Source of the DNA: Pseudothermotoga sp. | GTDB lineage: Bacteria; Thermotogota; Thermotogae; Thermotogales; DSM-5069 | Assembly (NCBI GenBank): GCA_041640575.1 | Contig: JBEPZZ010000016.1 | Span: forward strand, 1 to 33,949 | Length of the DNA stretch: 33,949 nucleotides | Direction of reading: 5' to 3' | Shown: positions 9,298 through 19,077 of the stretch, piece by piece | Layout of the letters: every line of letters begins with the position of its first letter | How positions within the stretch are numbered: position 1 is the first letter of the stretch | Translations under genes and position numbers: made by a program | The notes under the pieces: generated by a model | What the model was told of the DNA's origin: nothing | Databases searched by the model: none | The model's input: only the letters and a program-made list of their open reading frames with translations

Positions 9298-10500
9298 ATG
9301 AGACCGATAGAAATCAAATCCGGTGTCTATTGGGTGGGTGTTAACGATAGATTGACACAGCTTTTTGAAGGTCTTTGGCCAATAGGAGCTGAAGGCGTTT
9401 CTTACAACGCCTACCTTGTAACCGATGAAAAGAATGCTTTGATAGACTTAGCAAAATCCGTGAAAACCGACGAGTTTGTTGACCAGATAGAAGAGGTCAT
9501 TCCGGTTTCAAAACTTGATTATGTGGTAGTAAATCACATGGAGCCAGATCACACCGGTGTGCTGAGTTTGTTCAAAAAGTTAGCACCAAACGCGACAATC
9601 TTGATCAGTGAAAAAGGTTTGAAAATGCTTCAAGCTTATTATCATATCGATTCAAATATAAGAATAGTAAAAGACGGAGAAGAACTCCCTCTTGGCAACA
9701 AAACCTTGAAGTTTTTCTACACCCCATTCGTGCACTGGCCAGAGACAATGATGACTTATGAAAAAACGAACAAGATACTTTTCTCTTGCGATGGATTTGG
9801 TGGTTACGGTGCTTTACGTGGAACGATCTTTGACAATGAATGTCAGGATAAGAGTTTTTATATCAGAGAAATGCTTAGATACTATGCTAACATAGTTGCA
9901 ACTTTTAGTCGAAATGTTCTGAAGGCAATTGAGAAGTTACAGAACCTTGATGTTGAAATCATTGCGCCATCGCATGGATTAATATGGCGAAGTGAACCTT
10001 CACTTGTTGTGAATCTTTATAAACAGTGGGCAGAATATGCGCTCAAACCGTCTGAGAAAGCTGTGACGTTGATTTATGGTTCAATGTATGGAAATACAGA
10101 AAGGGTAATGAGCAGCCTTCTTAACGGTTTGGCAAAATCGGGTGTCCCGGTGGAAGTTTACAACGTTACCGAAACACACGTTAGCTATATCCTTGCTTCT
10201 TTATGGAAGAACAGAGGAGTAGTGATAGGCGCTCCAACATACGAGGGTTCTCTTTTCCCTCCTATGGAAGACGTACTGCGGATGGCGACGGTCAAGCATG
10301 TGCAGAATAAAACTGCTATGGTTTTTGGGAGCTATGGTTGGAGTGGTGGAGCCTCAAGAAGAGTCAAGGAAATTGTAGAGCCTTTGAAATGGGAAATTAC
10401 AGATGTTTTTGAGTTCCAAGGTGGTCCGACAGAGGAAATCCTTGGCAAAGCGGAAGAACTTGGATACAATTTCGGTAAGAGAATCTTAGAACAGGTTTGA
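9298..10500 (+). CDS. fprA: Flavodiiron protein (FprA, O2/NO reductase)
   Basis: HMEPDH, HWPET, FSCDGFG, APSHG diiron motifs; flavodoxin domain SMYGNT and GSYGWSG. Confidence 0.93.
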   Translation: MRPIEIKSGVYWVGVNDRLTQLFEGLWPIGAEGVSYNAYLVTDEKNALIDLAKSVKTDEFVDQIEEVIPVSKLDYVVVNHMEPDHTGVLSLFKKLAPNATILISEKGLKMLQAYYHIDSNIRIVKDGEELPLGNKTLKFFYTPFVHWPETMMTYEKTNKILFSCDGFGGYGALRGTIFDNECQDKSFYIREMLRYYANIVATFSRNVLKAIEKLQNLDVEIIAPSHGLIWRSEPSLVVNLYKQWAEYALKPSEKAVTLIYGSMYGNTERVMSSLLNGLAKSGVPVEVYNVTETHVSYILASLWKNRGVVIGAPTYEGSLFPPMEDVLRMATVKHVQNKTAMVFGSYGWSGGASRRVKEIVEPLKWEITDVFEFQGGPTEEILGKAEELGYNFGKRILEQV

Positions 10501-10525
10501 TAACTGTCCGAAATTTCACTATTAC

Positions 10526-10548
10526 GCCGGGGTGTCCCGGTTTTGTTT
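10526..10548 (+). terminator. Intrinsic terminator after fprA
   Basis: CCGGG-GTGT-CCCGG followed by TTTTGTTT. Confidence 0.7.
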
Positions 10549-10586
10549 GTTGTAGTGTTGTTGAACGATGGGAGGTACTATTATAA

Positions 10587-11759
10587 ATGAAGGATCCTAT
10601 AAATCTTGATGCATCAAAGCAGCAAGAACTTATCATTGAAGAGGAAAAGGTAATCCAAAACGGTCTTCAGTATCGAATAAAAGATTTTGGATACTTGAGG
10701 ATTTATTTCAAAAAAGACGGATCAGTTTCAATTGATACTTCACAGATAAAATCGACAAGTGAGTCTAACATCCTGAAAGCTCTGAATTTAAGTGTGTACA
10801 CCATTGATAAATCTGGATGGGAGGAAATTAAAGAGACAATTAAGATGTATTCAGGACAGGTTTTTTCAGTAGGCAAAGCCGAAGTCGCAAAAGTGACAGG
10901 TTTAACTTTGATCTATGATGGAAATTTGCTCGAAATTCTTCAACTCAGTAGCAAGGTACCTAAGGACATTCTAAGAAAACTCGAAAAAAATTCGCAGTTA
11001 CCAACTGATACTCTAAGGATTCTTGAGTTTCTGAGGAACGTGGATGAAGAAAGAGCTTTGAACATAACTCGAAAATTGTGTGGATGCGATGAGAAAGCAC
11101 CAGATAGAGCTCTGCAAAGATGGCTTTTAGCTCAAAAAGTTGTTGATCCAAAATATATCCTTCCAGCTGTTGGCTCTGACGAAGCTGGGAAGGGAGACCT
11201 CTTTGGGCCAATTGTTGTAGCTGCTGTGTACGTTGGAATAAAGCAATACAGTGAGCTTTCGAAACTCGGAATACGCGACTCAAAATCAATTAGTGATAAA
11301 AGAATTCTTCAGCTGGCACAGGATATTCGCCGTGTCTGCCCGTATGCCATTCGCGTTATAGAACCCACAAATTTAAAAAAAGGGGAGATGAATCGTCAAC
11401 TCGAAGAGGCTCACCTTGAATGCATATCCCAGATGATTAAGCAGACAAACTCGCTCATTGCCGTCTTTGACGATTTTGGTTCTAAGCACTTAGCCACTGC
11501 CTTCACAGAGCCAAAAATCTTCGGTTTCAAGAACGGAGAAAGAAATCTAGCTGTTGCTTGTGCTTCTGTGGTTGCAAGGGCTGAATTTCTGGGATATCTA
11601 CAAAATCTTTCAGAAAGGTATAACCTGAGCATTCCAACTGGAAGTGGTGAAAAAGCAAATAAAGCAGCAAGAACTTTCATAGATAAATTTGGGAAAGAAG
11701 AGTTTAGAAAAATTGCAAAGGTGAACTTCTCTAATGCGAGAAAATTACTTTCTAATTGA
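10587..11759 (+). CDS. rnhC: Ribonuclease HIII with long N-terminal extension
   Basis: GSDEAGKGDLFGP, RDSK, DDF, E-x-x-LAVACASVVAR and AKVNF motifs of type 2 RNase H (HIII subtype) in the C-terminal half. Confidence 0.8.
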   Translation: MKDPINLDASKQQELIIEEEKVIQNGLQYRIKDFGYLRIYFKKDGSVSIDTSQIKSTSESNILKALNLSVYTIDKSGWEEIKETIKMYSGQVFSVGKAEVAKVTGLTLIYDGNLLEILQLSSKVPKDILRKLEKNSQLPTDTLRILEFLRNVDEERALNITRKLCGCDEKAPDRALQRWLLAQKVVDPKYILPAVGSDEAGKGDLFGPIVVAAVYVGIKQYSELSKLGIRDSKSISDKRILQLAQDIRRVCPYAIRVIEPTNLKKGEMNRQLEEAHLECISQMIKQTNSLIAVFDDFGSKHLATAFTEPKIFGFKNGERNLAVACASVVARAEFLGYLQNLSERYNLSIPTGSGEKANKAARTFIDKFGKEEFRKIAKVNFSNARKLLSN

Positions 11760-12386
11760 TTGGTAGTATTCACAGTCTTCATTGAAGGGACATTGTGTGC
11801 ATCTTGGGTTTCTTGGAAGGCAAATTTTCTTGCCAAACTCAACCATAGCGACATTTATAGGACCCCAAAGTTGTTTTGGAAGTATTTTAGAGAGCTCCTC
11901 TTCTGTTTGTTCAGGTTTCGTGGTTTTGACAAACCCAAGTCTGTTAGAAATTCTATGAACATGCGTATCGACTGCTACGGCTGGTATTGAAAAACCTTGA
12001 AATAGAACTATGTTTGCAGTTTTTCTGCCGACTCCGGGCAACTTGAGAAGCTCGTTCAAATCAGCTGGAACTTTGCCTTTGTATTTTTCAAGAATGATCC
12101 TAGAAACCTTTACAATTCTCTCAGCCTTTTGTCGATACATTCCAGAAGGCTTTATCAATTCATAGAGTTCTTCTGGCTTTGCTTTTGACAAAGAGTAAAC
12201 GTCAGGATATTTTGAGAACAAATTCTGTGAAGCAACGGCTGTGTTTTCGTCTTTTGTTCTTTGACTAAGAATAGTAGAAATGAGAATTCTGAACGGATCT
12301 TTGTCTTCGAAGTCAGATTGAAACATCTGAACTATTCTTTCCGCAATATGTACAATACGAGATTTGATCAAATCATACGCCTCCAC
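11745..12386 (-). CDS. nth: Endonuclease III
   Basis: LSQRTKD, HhH motif LPGVGRKTAN, VDTHV, C-x6-C-x2-C-x5-C [4Fe-4S] motif. Real start may be TTG at 12371 after SD GGAGG (12384-12380). Confidence 0.95.
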   Translation of the reverse strand: MEAYDLIKSRIVHIAERIVQMFQSDFEDKDPFRILISTILSQRTKDENTAVASQNLFSKYPDVYSLSKAKPEELYELIKPSGMYRQKAERIVKVSRIILEKYKGKVPADLNELLKLPGVGRKTANIVLFQGFSIPAVAVDTHVHRISNRLGFVKTTKPEQTEEELSKILPKQLWGPINVAMVEFGKKICLPRNPRCTQCPFNEDCEYYQSIRK

Positions 12387-12393
12387 AAAATTT

Positions 12394-12403
12394 ATTGTAC
12401 AAT
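12394..12403. promoter_or_regulatory. Palindromic bidirectional -10 element (ATTGTACAAT)
   Basis: Gives TACAAT on both strands between divergent nth and pepQ; each is followed within 7-9 nt by GGAGG. Confidence 0.6.
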
Positions 12404-12414
12404 GAATAAAGGAG

Positions 12415-13503
12415 GTGCGATATTTGAATAGGGTTCAGAAACTGGTCGAGAAAATGGAAGAAAACGGGATAGATGTGGTGTTGATCTACAATGTCGAAGG
12501 TTCGAGCAAGCCGTCTACTTATTATATCTCGGGGTTTAACGGTTCATTCAGTTGCCTTGTTATAGCCAAAGACAAGCAATACATCATAACAGATTCACGT
12601 TATTTTGAACAAGCAAAGGCTCAGACTAGCTTTGAACTCGTCGAATTTAGAGGAACAGATTTTATGGCAACAATAGCTTCGGTTGTTGGACAATTTAAGC
12701 CAAAGAGAATTGGTTTGGAATTTCAAAGAGTGAGTCACAGCACTTTTCTGAAAATTTCCGAAAGAATCAATGCGGAGTTTATGGCAATAGACACTGTTTT
12801 GAATGAAATGAGGGTAGTTAAAGACGATGAAGAAATAGCAAACATTAAGAAAGCTATTGAAATAAGTGAACAAGCTCTAGAAAAAACGTTGCAGGTGGTG
12901 AAGGAAAAAGTTCGAGAGTTGGATATAGCAGCAGAACTTGAGTATAATATCAAAAAACTGGGGGCTGATGCACTTGCTTTCGAATCGATAGTTATAACTG
13001 GTCCGAGAACTTCCTTACCACACGGTAAGCCAACAACTAGAAAACTGGAGAAGAATGAACCAGTGCTTTTTGACTTTGGTGCACAAGTTAACGGTTATTG
13101 TGCGGATATAACAAGAACTTTCTTTTACGGTAAGCCAGACGACGAGTTTTTGAAAATCTATAAAATTGTTTACGAAGCCCAAACATTAGCGCTTCAAAAG
13201 GGCAGTGCTTTGTTGTCTGGGAAACAAGTCGATGCATTAGCAAGAGAAAGGATCAATCAAAGTGGTTATGGTCAATTCTTCGGGCATGGGCTTGGACATG
13301 GCTTGGGATTGGAAGTTCATGAGGAACCAAGAGTTAACAGTTCTAACGAGAGATTGCTTCCAAAGAACAGTGTTGTAACCATCGAACCGGGAATCTACCT
13401 TGAAGGTAAATTCGGTATTAGAATAGAAGAAGATGTTATCGTAAGAGATGATAGACTAGAACAGCTCACAAGTTTTCAGAGAGAGTTGATAATAATTCGT
13501 TAG
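12415..13503 (+). CDS. Xaa-Pro aminopeptidase/dipeptidase (M24B)
   Basis: TDSRY, PHG, DFGA...[35 protein letters not shown]. Likely TTG start at 12424; conserved position upstream of efp. Confidence 0.93.
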   Translation: MRYLNRVQKLVEKMEENGIDVVLIYNVEGSSKPSTYYISGFNGSFSCLVIAKDKQYIITDSRYFEQAKAQTSFELVEFRGTDFMATIASVVGQFKPKRIGLEFQRVSHSTFLKISERINAEFMAIDTVLNEMRVVKDDEEIANIKKAIEISEQALEKTLQVVKEKVRELDIAAELEYNIKKLGADALAFESIVITGPRTSLPHGKPTTRKLEKNEPVLFDFGAQVNGYCADITRTFFYGKPDDEFLKIYKIVYEAQTLALQKGSALLSGKQVDALARERINQSGYGQFFGHGLGHGLGLEVHEEPRVNSSNERLLPKNSVVTIEPGIYLEGKFGIRIEEDVIVRDDRLEQLTSFQRELIIIR

Positions 13504-13519
13504 TTCGGAGGTGGCTTTT

Positions 13520-14077
13520 TTGGTCGAGGTAGGAGATCTGAGGAAAGGTATGATCATATTGGTTGATGGAGAGGCTTACAGGGTTATCGATGTGAACAAG
13601 CATCATATGGCAATGGGAAGAGGAATAATAAGAACAAAACTCAAAAACGTCAAAACTGGTTTCGTAAGGGATATGAATTTCAGCAGTGGAGAAAGAGTTG
13701 AGGAAGCTAATCTAACGTTCAGATCCGCTCAGTATCTTTATAAGGACGAAAACCAGTACCATTTCATGTGCTTGGACGATTATGAACAGTACACACTTAG
13801 TGAAGAAGAACTTCAAGACGCAAAGTGGTATTTAATCGAGAATATGGAATTAAGCTTGGTCTTCTTAGAAAATGAGGTCATAGGCGTACAACTTCCCAAT
13901 GTTGTCACACTTAAAGTGGTGGAAACTGAACCATCGTTCAAAGGAGATACTGTCTCGGGCGGTGGGAAACCAGCAACCTTGGAGACCGGGCTGAGGGTCA
14001 CAGTTCCATTTTTCGTAGAGGCTGGTGAATACGTAAAGGTTGACACTCGAACTGGTGAGTATGTTGAAAGGGCGTAA
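13520..14077 (+). CDS. efp: Translation elongation factor P
   Basis: [17 protein letters not shown]...VPFF...[13 protein letters not shown]-terminus. TTG start at 13520 after GGAGGTG SD (ORF track starts at GTG 13511). Confidence 0.96.
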   Translation: MVEVGDLRKGMIILVDGEAYRVIDVNKHHMAMGRGIIRTKLKNVKTGFVRDMNFSSGERVEEANLTFRSAQYLYKDENQYHFMCLDDYEQYTLSEEELQDAKWYLIENMELSLVFLENEVIGVQLPNVVTLKVVETEPSFKGDTVSGGGKPATLETGLRVTVPFFVEAGEYVKVDTRTGEYVERA

Positions 14078-14089
14078 GGAGGTGTATAC

Positions 14090-14443
14090 ATGGATTTCAA
14101 GGGCATGATTGATATTTCTGATAATGCATTGAAGGAGATAGCTGTTAGAAGCATCTGCTCAGTTTTTGAGATAAGTGAAGAAAGAAAAATAAAAAAGATC
14201 AGAAAAGCTCTAGAGATCGAGAGGTCACCGGAGGACAATGTAATCGTAAACGTTAGGCTTACGTTCCCTTACGGCAAACCATTGGTCGAACTCGGTAAAA
14301 GCATCATGGAACGCATTAAATTTGATATTGAGCGAATGACCGATCTTCAAGTCCTCACGGTGAATGTAACAGTTGAGGACATTGAAGAAGGAGAAGCAGA
14401 AACAAAGGAAAAAGGAAGTGAAGAGATCGAAGACAAGGAGTGA
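14090..14443 (+). CDS. Asp23/Gls24 family protein
   Basis: GMIDISD...IA, YG...I...IERMTDL-V--VNVTVED pattern; efp-asp23-nusB synteny. Confidence 0.85.
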   Translation: MDFKGMIDISDNALKEIAVRSICSVFEISEERKIKKIRKALEIERSPEDNVIVNVRLTFPYGKPLVELGKSIMERIKFDIERMTDLQVLTVNVTVEDIEEGEAETKEKGSEEIEDKE

Positions 14444-14874
14444 GACTTTTTGTGAGCCGTCGCAGGAAAATGAGGGATCAAGTCTTCAAAGTGCTCTTCC
14501 AGAACGAATTTCGAACTGGTGAGATTGAAGAAATTCTGAATGAATTTCTCGGCAAGGAAAGCTCGGATTCAATGAAATCCGATATTAGGAGGTATGTCCT
14601 AAACATATATGAAAAAAAAGACTTGATAGATGAAAAAATAACTTCATGTCTAGAGAACTGGGAACTCGACCGGGTCTCTTTGGTTGATAAATGCCTGTTG
14701 AGACTTGGAACCTATGAACTGGTTTACGAACCAGATATACCAGTAGAAGTTACACTGGACGAGATTATCGAATTGGCGAAACGATACGGGACAGAAAATA
14801 GTGGAAAATTTGTCAACGGTGTTCTCGATAAAGTAGCGAAAACTTACGTGCCTGCCGAAAAATTCAAGCTTTGA
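14440..14874 (+). CDS. nusB: Transcription antitermination factor NusB
   Basis: RRRKMR N-terminus, W-x-LDR...D--LLRLG-YEL, E-IELAK-YG...FVNGVLD. Start could be GTG 14452. Confidence 0.95.
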   Translation: MRLFVSRRRKMRDQVFKVLFQNEFRTGEIEEILNEFLGKESSDSMKSDIRRYVLNIYEKKDLIDEKITSCLENWELDRVSLVDKCLLRLGTYELVYEPDIPVEVTLDEIIELAKRYGTENSGKFVNGVLDKVAKTYVPAEKFKL

Positions 14875-14901
14875 TTATGGCATTTACAAGGGGGCATTAG
14901 A

Positions 14902-16560
14902 ATGTTGAGTGACATTGAGATAGCAAGGGCAGCTAATTTGAAACCAATTGTTGAGATTGCCAAAAATTTGGGTTTGAGTGAAGAACACTTGAAAAGCTAT
15001 GGAAAATACATTGCAAAAGTTTCCCACAACCTTGTCGATTCTTTCTCACCAAAAGGTAAATTAATCGTTGTGACAGCTATGACACCAACACCCGCAGGCG
15101 AAGGCAAAACAACCACAAGTATAAGCTTATCAATGGCTTTGAACAAGATTGGCTATAAATCTATCGTAACATTGAGAGAACCATCACTTGGTCCTGTTTT
15201 TGGGATAAAGGGTGGAGCAGCAGGTGGGGGATACGCTCAAGTTCTGCCAATGGAAGACATAAACCTGCACTTTACTGGTGACATTCATGCTGTCGCGGCA
15301 GCTCATAACTTGATTGCAGCAATGATAGACGCACACGTGCGTTTTGATAATGAGCTGAATATAGACATAACACGAATAACCTGGCCGAGAACAATAGATA
15401 TGAACGATAGAGCTTTGAGAGAAATTGTAGTCGGACTTGGTGGACATGCAAATGGATATCCAAGGCAGGATAGGTTTGTGATAACTGCAGCATCTGAAAT
15501 AATGGCAATTTTGTGTTTGGCAAAGAATCTTTCCGATTTGAAAAAACGTGTTGGAAACATTGTAATCGGCTGGTCAAAAGATGGAAAACCTGTGACCGTT
15601 CGAGAACTTGGTGTGGAAGGTGCCGTTGCAGTACTCTTAAAAGATGCGATCAATCCAAACCTAGTTCAAACTATTGAAAATACCCCTGCGCTTATTCATG
15701 GAGGTCCATTCGCGAACATTGCGCATGGGACAAACTCGATTATTGCAACTGACCTAGCTTTACGCCTGTCAGATTATGTTGTCACAGAGACGGGTTTTGG
15801 ATCTGATTTGGGCGCTGAAAAATTCTTTGACTTTGTTGCACCAACAGCTGGTTTCAGACCCGCGGCCGTGGTGATAGTTGCCACTATACGTGCCATAAAG
15901 TATCATGGTGGAGTCGCTCTTAAAGACATTGCTTTGGAAAATATTGGCGCTCTTGAAAAAGGCATAGAGAATTTGAAAACGCACATTGAAAACGTCAGAA
16001 AATACGGTTTGCCTGTTGTAGTCGCCTTGAACAAATTTGCAACAGACACTGAACGGGAGATTTCCTATGTTCTTGAAACGGTTAGAAGTTTTGGAGCAGA
16101 GATAGCTTTGAACGAAGGCTTTGCAAAGGGTGGAGAAGGTGCTGTTGATCTTGCAAAGAAAGTCGTTTCCATTGTTGATGATTCAAAGTTCAAACCTTTG
16201 TTCCCTCTTGATGTTCCGGTCAGGGAAAAACTGCAAACACTTGCAAGGGAAATATACAGAGCAAAAGAAGTTACTTTCACAAAGGATGCACTCGATGATC
16301 TGAAAAAACTAGAAAAAGCTGGTTACGGAAACTTACCACTCATAGTTGCAAAGACACAATACTCCTTCTCAGATGATCCAACCATACTTGGTGCACCAAA
16401 AGATTACATCTTTACAGTGAGAGAGTTTATGCTTTCGGCAGGAGCAGGATTCGTAGTTGCAGTCAGTGGCGAAATAATGCTCATGCCTGGGTTAGGAAAG
16501 AAACCAAATGCAATGAACATAGACATTGATGAGAATGGAAATATTGTCGGATTATCATAG
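14902..16560 (+). CDS. fhs: Formate--tetrahydrofolate ligase
   Basis: [50 protein letters not shown]. Confidence 0.97.
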   Translation: MLSDIEIARAANLKPIVEIAKNLGLSEEHLKSYGKYIAKVSHNLVDSFSPKGKLIVVTAMTPTPAGEGKTTTSISLSMALNKIGYKSIVTLREPSLGPVFGIKGGAAGGGYAQVLPMEDINLHFTGDIHAVAAAHNLIAAMIDAHVRFDNELNIDITRITWPRTIDMNDRALREIVVGLGGHANGYPRQDRFVITAASEIMAILCLAKNLSDLKKRVGNIVIGWSKDGKPVTVRELGVEGAVAVLLKDAINPNLVQTIENTPALIHGGPFANIAHGTNSIIATDLALRLSDYVVTETGFGSDLGAEKFFDFVAPTAGFRPAAVVIVATIRAIKYHGGVALKDIALENIGALEKGIENLKTHIENVRKYGLPVVVALNKFATDTEREISYVLETVRSFGAEIALNEGFAKGGEGAVDLAKKVVSIVDDSKFKPLFPLDVPVREKLQTLAREIYRAKEVTFTKDALDDLKKLEKAGYGNLPLIVAKTQYSFSDDPTILGAPKDYIFTVREFMLSAGAGFVVAVSGEIMLMPGLGKKPNAMNIDIDENGNIVGLS

Positions 16561-16576
16561 AGAAAGCAGTGATTTT

Positions 16577-17398
16577 ATGTTTATCGACTGTAAAACTTTA
16601 GCGAAAAAGATAGATGAAAAAACTTTGGATTTATTAAAAAGCACTCGTGAGAGAGCGAAATTGGTAAGTTATGCTTTTGACCCTGATGCCTCAACAATTT
16701 CGTACTTAAAAAGTCAACAGAAGAAAGCCGAAACGCTTGGAATTGATTATGTAATGAAAATTTTTGATTCACCAGAAAAATTTATCGAAAACCTTCAGAA
16801 AGATTCACAGGACGATACTGTTCATGGAATTTTTGTTGCTCATCCTCTTCCAAAGAGCTTCAACGAAACGGAGATTGCTCAACTGATAAATCCAAATAAG
16901 GACATTGAAGGGCGTAATCCAGTTAACCTGGGGCGTTTACTCTATGGGATAGAAGATTTTGCACCTTGTACAGCAGCTGCCGTGATTGAGATACTTACTC
17001 AAACCACTTTTTTGGAAGGAAAATTAGCAGTTGTAATAGGAAGAAGTTTAACTGTTGGCCAACCAGTTGCGATAATGCTTTTGAGGCGTGATCGTAGCGC
17101 TACGGTGACGGTTTGTCACACAAAGACTAGGAATCTAGCAGAGTTGACAAAAACTGCGGACATCATAGTTGTAGCGGCAGGGAAAGCTGGATTTTTGACA
17201 GTTGAAATGGTTAAAGAAGGCGCTGTAGTGATAGATGTTGGAATAAATGTGATTGGAAATAAAGTTGTTGGAGATGTGCAACCAGAGGTCGGAGAGAAAG
17301 CTTCTCTCACCCCTGTTCCAGGGGGTGTTGGTTTGGTTACAACCTCGATATTGATGCATAGAGTAGCCAGAAATGCTGTAAGGAGTGGTTCCATTTGA
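16577..17398 (+). CDS. folD: Methylenetetrahydrofolate dehydrogenase (FolD family, possibly monofunctional)
   Basis: PCT, VIGRS--VG-P, IDVGIN, TPVPGGVG. Start set at ATG 16577 to avoid overlap with fhs. Confidence 0.92.
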   Translation: MFIDCKTLAKKIDEKTLDLLKSTRERAKLVSYAFDPDASTISYLKSQQKKAETLGIDYVMKIFDSPEKFIENLQKDSQDDTVHGIFVAHPLPKSFNETEIAQLINPNKDIEGRNPVNLGRLLYGIEDFAPCTAAAVIEILTQTTFLEGKLAVVIGRSLTVGQPVAIMLLRRDRSATVTVCHTKTRNLAELTKTADIIVVAAGKAGFLTVEMVKEGAVVIDVGINVIGNKVVGDVQPEVGEKASLTPVPGGVGLVTTSILMHRVARNAVRSGSI

Positions 17399-18381
17399 GA
17401 ATCTTAAGCGGTGTTCGTCCGACTGGAAAACCACACATTGGAAATTACATTGGAGCTCTCAAAAATTGGAAGAAACTCCAAGATGATGGACATGAATGCT
17501 TTTATTTTGTTGCTGATTGGCATGCTCTAACAACAAATTACGCTGAAACGGGAGAATTAAAACTTTTTACAAGAGAGGTTGTTAGGTCGTTCTTGGCTTG
17601 CGGTTTGGATCCAAACAAGTCTGTGCTATTTGTGCAATCTGGAATCAAAGAGCACGCCGAGTTAGCACTTTTATTCTCCATGATTGTACCGCTTTCTTGG
17701 CTTGAAAGGGTGCCAACGTACAAAGAAATGAAACAAGAGTTGTCAAATAAAGATTTGTCAAACGCTGGTTTTCTCTTTTACCCAGTTTTACAAGCTGCAG
17801 ATATACTCATCTATCTTGCTGAAGGTGTACCAGTTGGGCAGGATCAGGTTTACCATATTGAGTTGACTAGAGAAATAGCTAGAAGATTCAATTATTTCTA
17901 TGGTGAAATCTTTCCAGAACCACAGGCTCTGCTTTCGATTGTTCCGAAATTGCCAGGAACCGATGGCAGAAAGATGAGTAAAAGTTATGGCAACACAATT
18001 CCACTTGAATTTGATTCAAAAAGTCTGGAGAAGATGATTCTACCAATGGTGACCGATCCAGCAAGAAAGCGAAAAACAGATCCTGGAAATCCTGAAAAAT
18101 GCCCCGTCTGGGATTATCACAAAGCTTTCGGAATAAGTGAAGAGGAAAGTCAATGGGTTTTCGAAGGTTGTACGAAAGCTAAGATTGGATGCATAGATTG
18201 CAAGAAACTACTTTTAAAGAATATGAAGCATGAGCTTGAGCCAATTTGGGAACAATATGCCAAAATCGATAAAGATCCAAATTACGTTGATGATGTTATC
18301 TTAGATGGAAATGCAAAGGCAAGAGAAATAGCACGGAAAACTATACAACTTGTGCGCGAGAAGATGAATCTCATGTTTTGA
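17395..18381 (+). CDS. trpS: Tryptophan--tRNA ligase
   Basis: SG-RPTG-PHIGNY, YPVLQAADIL, VPVGQDQ, KMSKS. Confidence 0.97.
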   Translation: MRILSGVRPTGKPHIGNYIGALKNWKKLQDDGHECFYFVADWHALTTNYAETGELKLFTREVVRSFLACGLDPNKSVLFVQSGIKEHAELALLFSMIVPLSWLERVPTYKEMKQELSNKDLSNAGFLFYPVLQAADILIYLAEGVPVGQDQVYHIELTREIARRFNYFYGEIFPEPQALLSIVPKLPGTDGRKMSKSYGNTIPLEFDSKSLEKMILPMVTDPARKRKTDPGNPEKCPVWDYHKAFGISEEESQWVFEGCTKAKIGCIDCKKLLLKNMKHELEPIWEQYAKIDKDPNYVDDVILDGNAKAREIARKTIQLVREKMNLMF

Positions 18382-18390
18382 GGTGATGAT

Positions 18391-19077
18391 TTGGAACTAG
18401 TTTTTCATTTACCGGCTTTTGAAGGTCCTCTGGATTTGTTACTTTATCTGGTAAGAAAGCGCAGAATTAATGTGCGTGATATTTCTATTTCTCAGCTTGC
18501 CGATGAATTCATTCAGTACGTAGAACAAATGAAGAAGATGGATATGCACATCACCTCAGACTTTCTTGTAATGGCTTCAAGATTGATGGAAATAAAGTCA
18601 AGTTATTTATTGCCATCTCTTAGCAAGAAAGAGGTTGAAAAACTGCAAAAAGAAGAAGAGGAAATTTACAGACGAATTGAACTTTACGAACAGATAAAGG
18701 AACTTTCCGAGGAACTGAGCAAGAAAATGGAGAATCTTTCCGGTAGAAGAGTGGTGAAGTTATCAGCTTTGCCGCTAATCCAAGAGGAAAAACTTAGGAA
18801 AATCATGAAATCAGTTCTGAGTGAGATGCATCTGAGAACAAATGTTTACAGAATAAGACGAGAAGCCTTCACTGTTGAACAAGCGATTGAAGATGTCGAA
18901 AACATCATAGCAGAAAGAACAGAGATTGAACTCAAGGAATTATTAATGCAATGTCAGTCCAGATATCAAATGATCGTTTACATACTTGCCGTGCTGGAAC
19001 TGTTGTATCTTAAGCACTTACTATTGGTTGAGAACACTGAGGGGTACATCTTAAGGAGGAATGATCTTGAATCCTAG
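18391..19077 (+). CDS. scpA: Segregation and condensation protein A
   Basis: FEGPLDLLLYL, FLVMAS-L-EIKS--LLP, LA-LEL kleisin motifs. Confidence 0.93.
   Translation: MELVFHLPAFEGPLDLLLYLVRKRRINVRDISISQLADEFIQYVEQMKKMDMHITSDFLVMASRLMEIKSSYLLPSLSKKEVEKLQKEEEEIYRRIELYEQIKELSEELSKKMENLSGRRVVKLSALPLIQEEKLRKIMKSVLSEMHLRTNVYRIRREAFTVEQAIEDVENIIAERTEIELKELLMQCQSRYQMIVYILAVLELLYLKHLLLVENTEGYILRRNDLES

Noticed and set aside
16526..16576. Apparent N-terminal extension of FolD overlapping fhs
   Set aside because: ORF-caller artefact; FolD homology starts at MFIDCK (16577).
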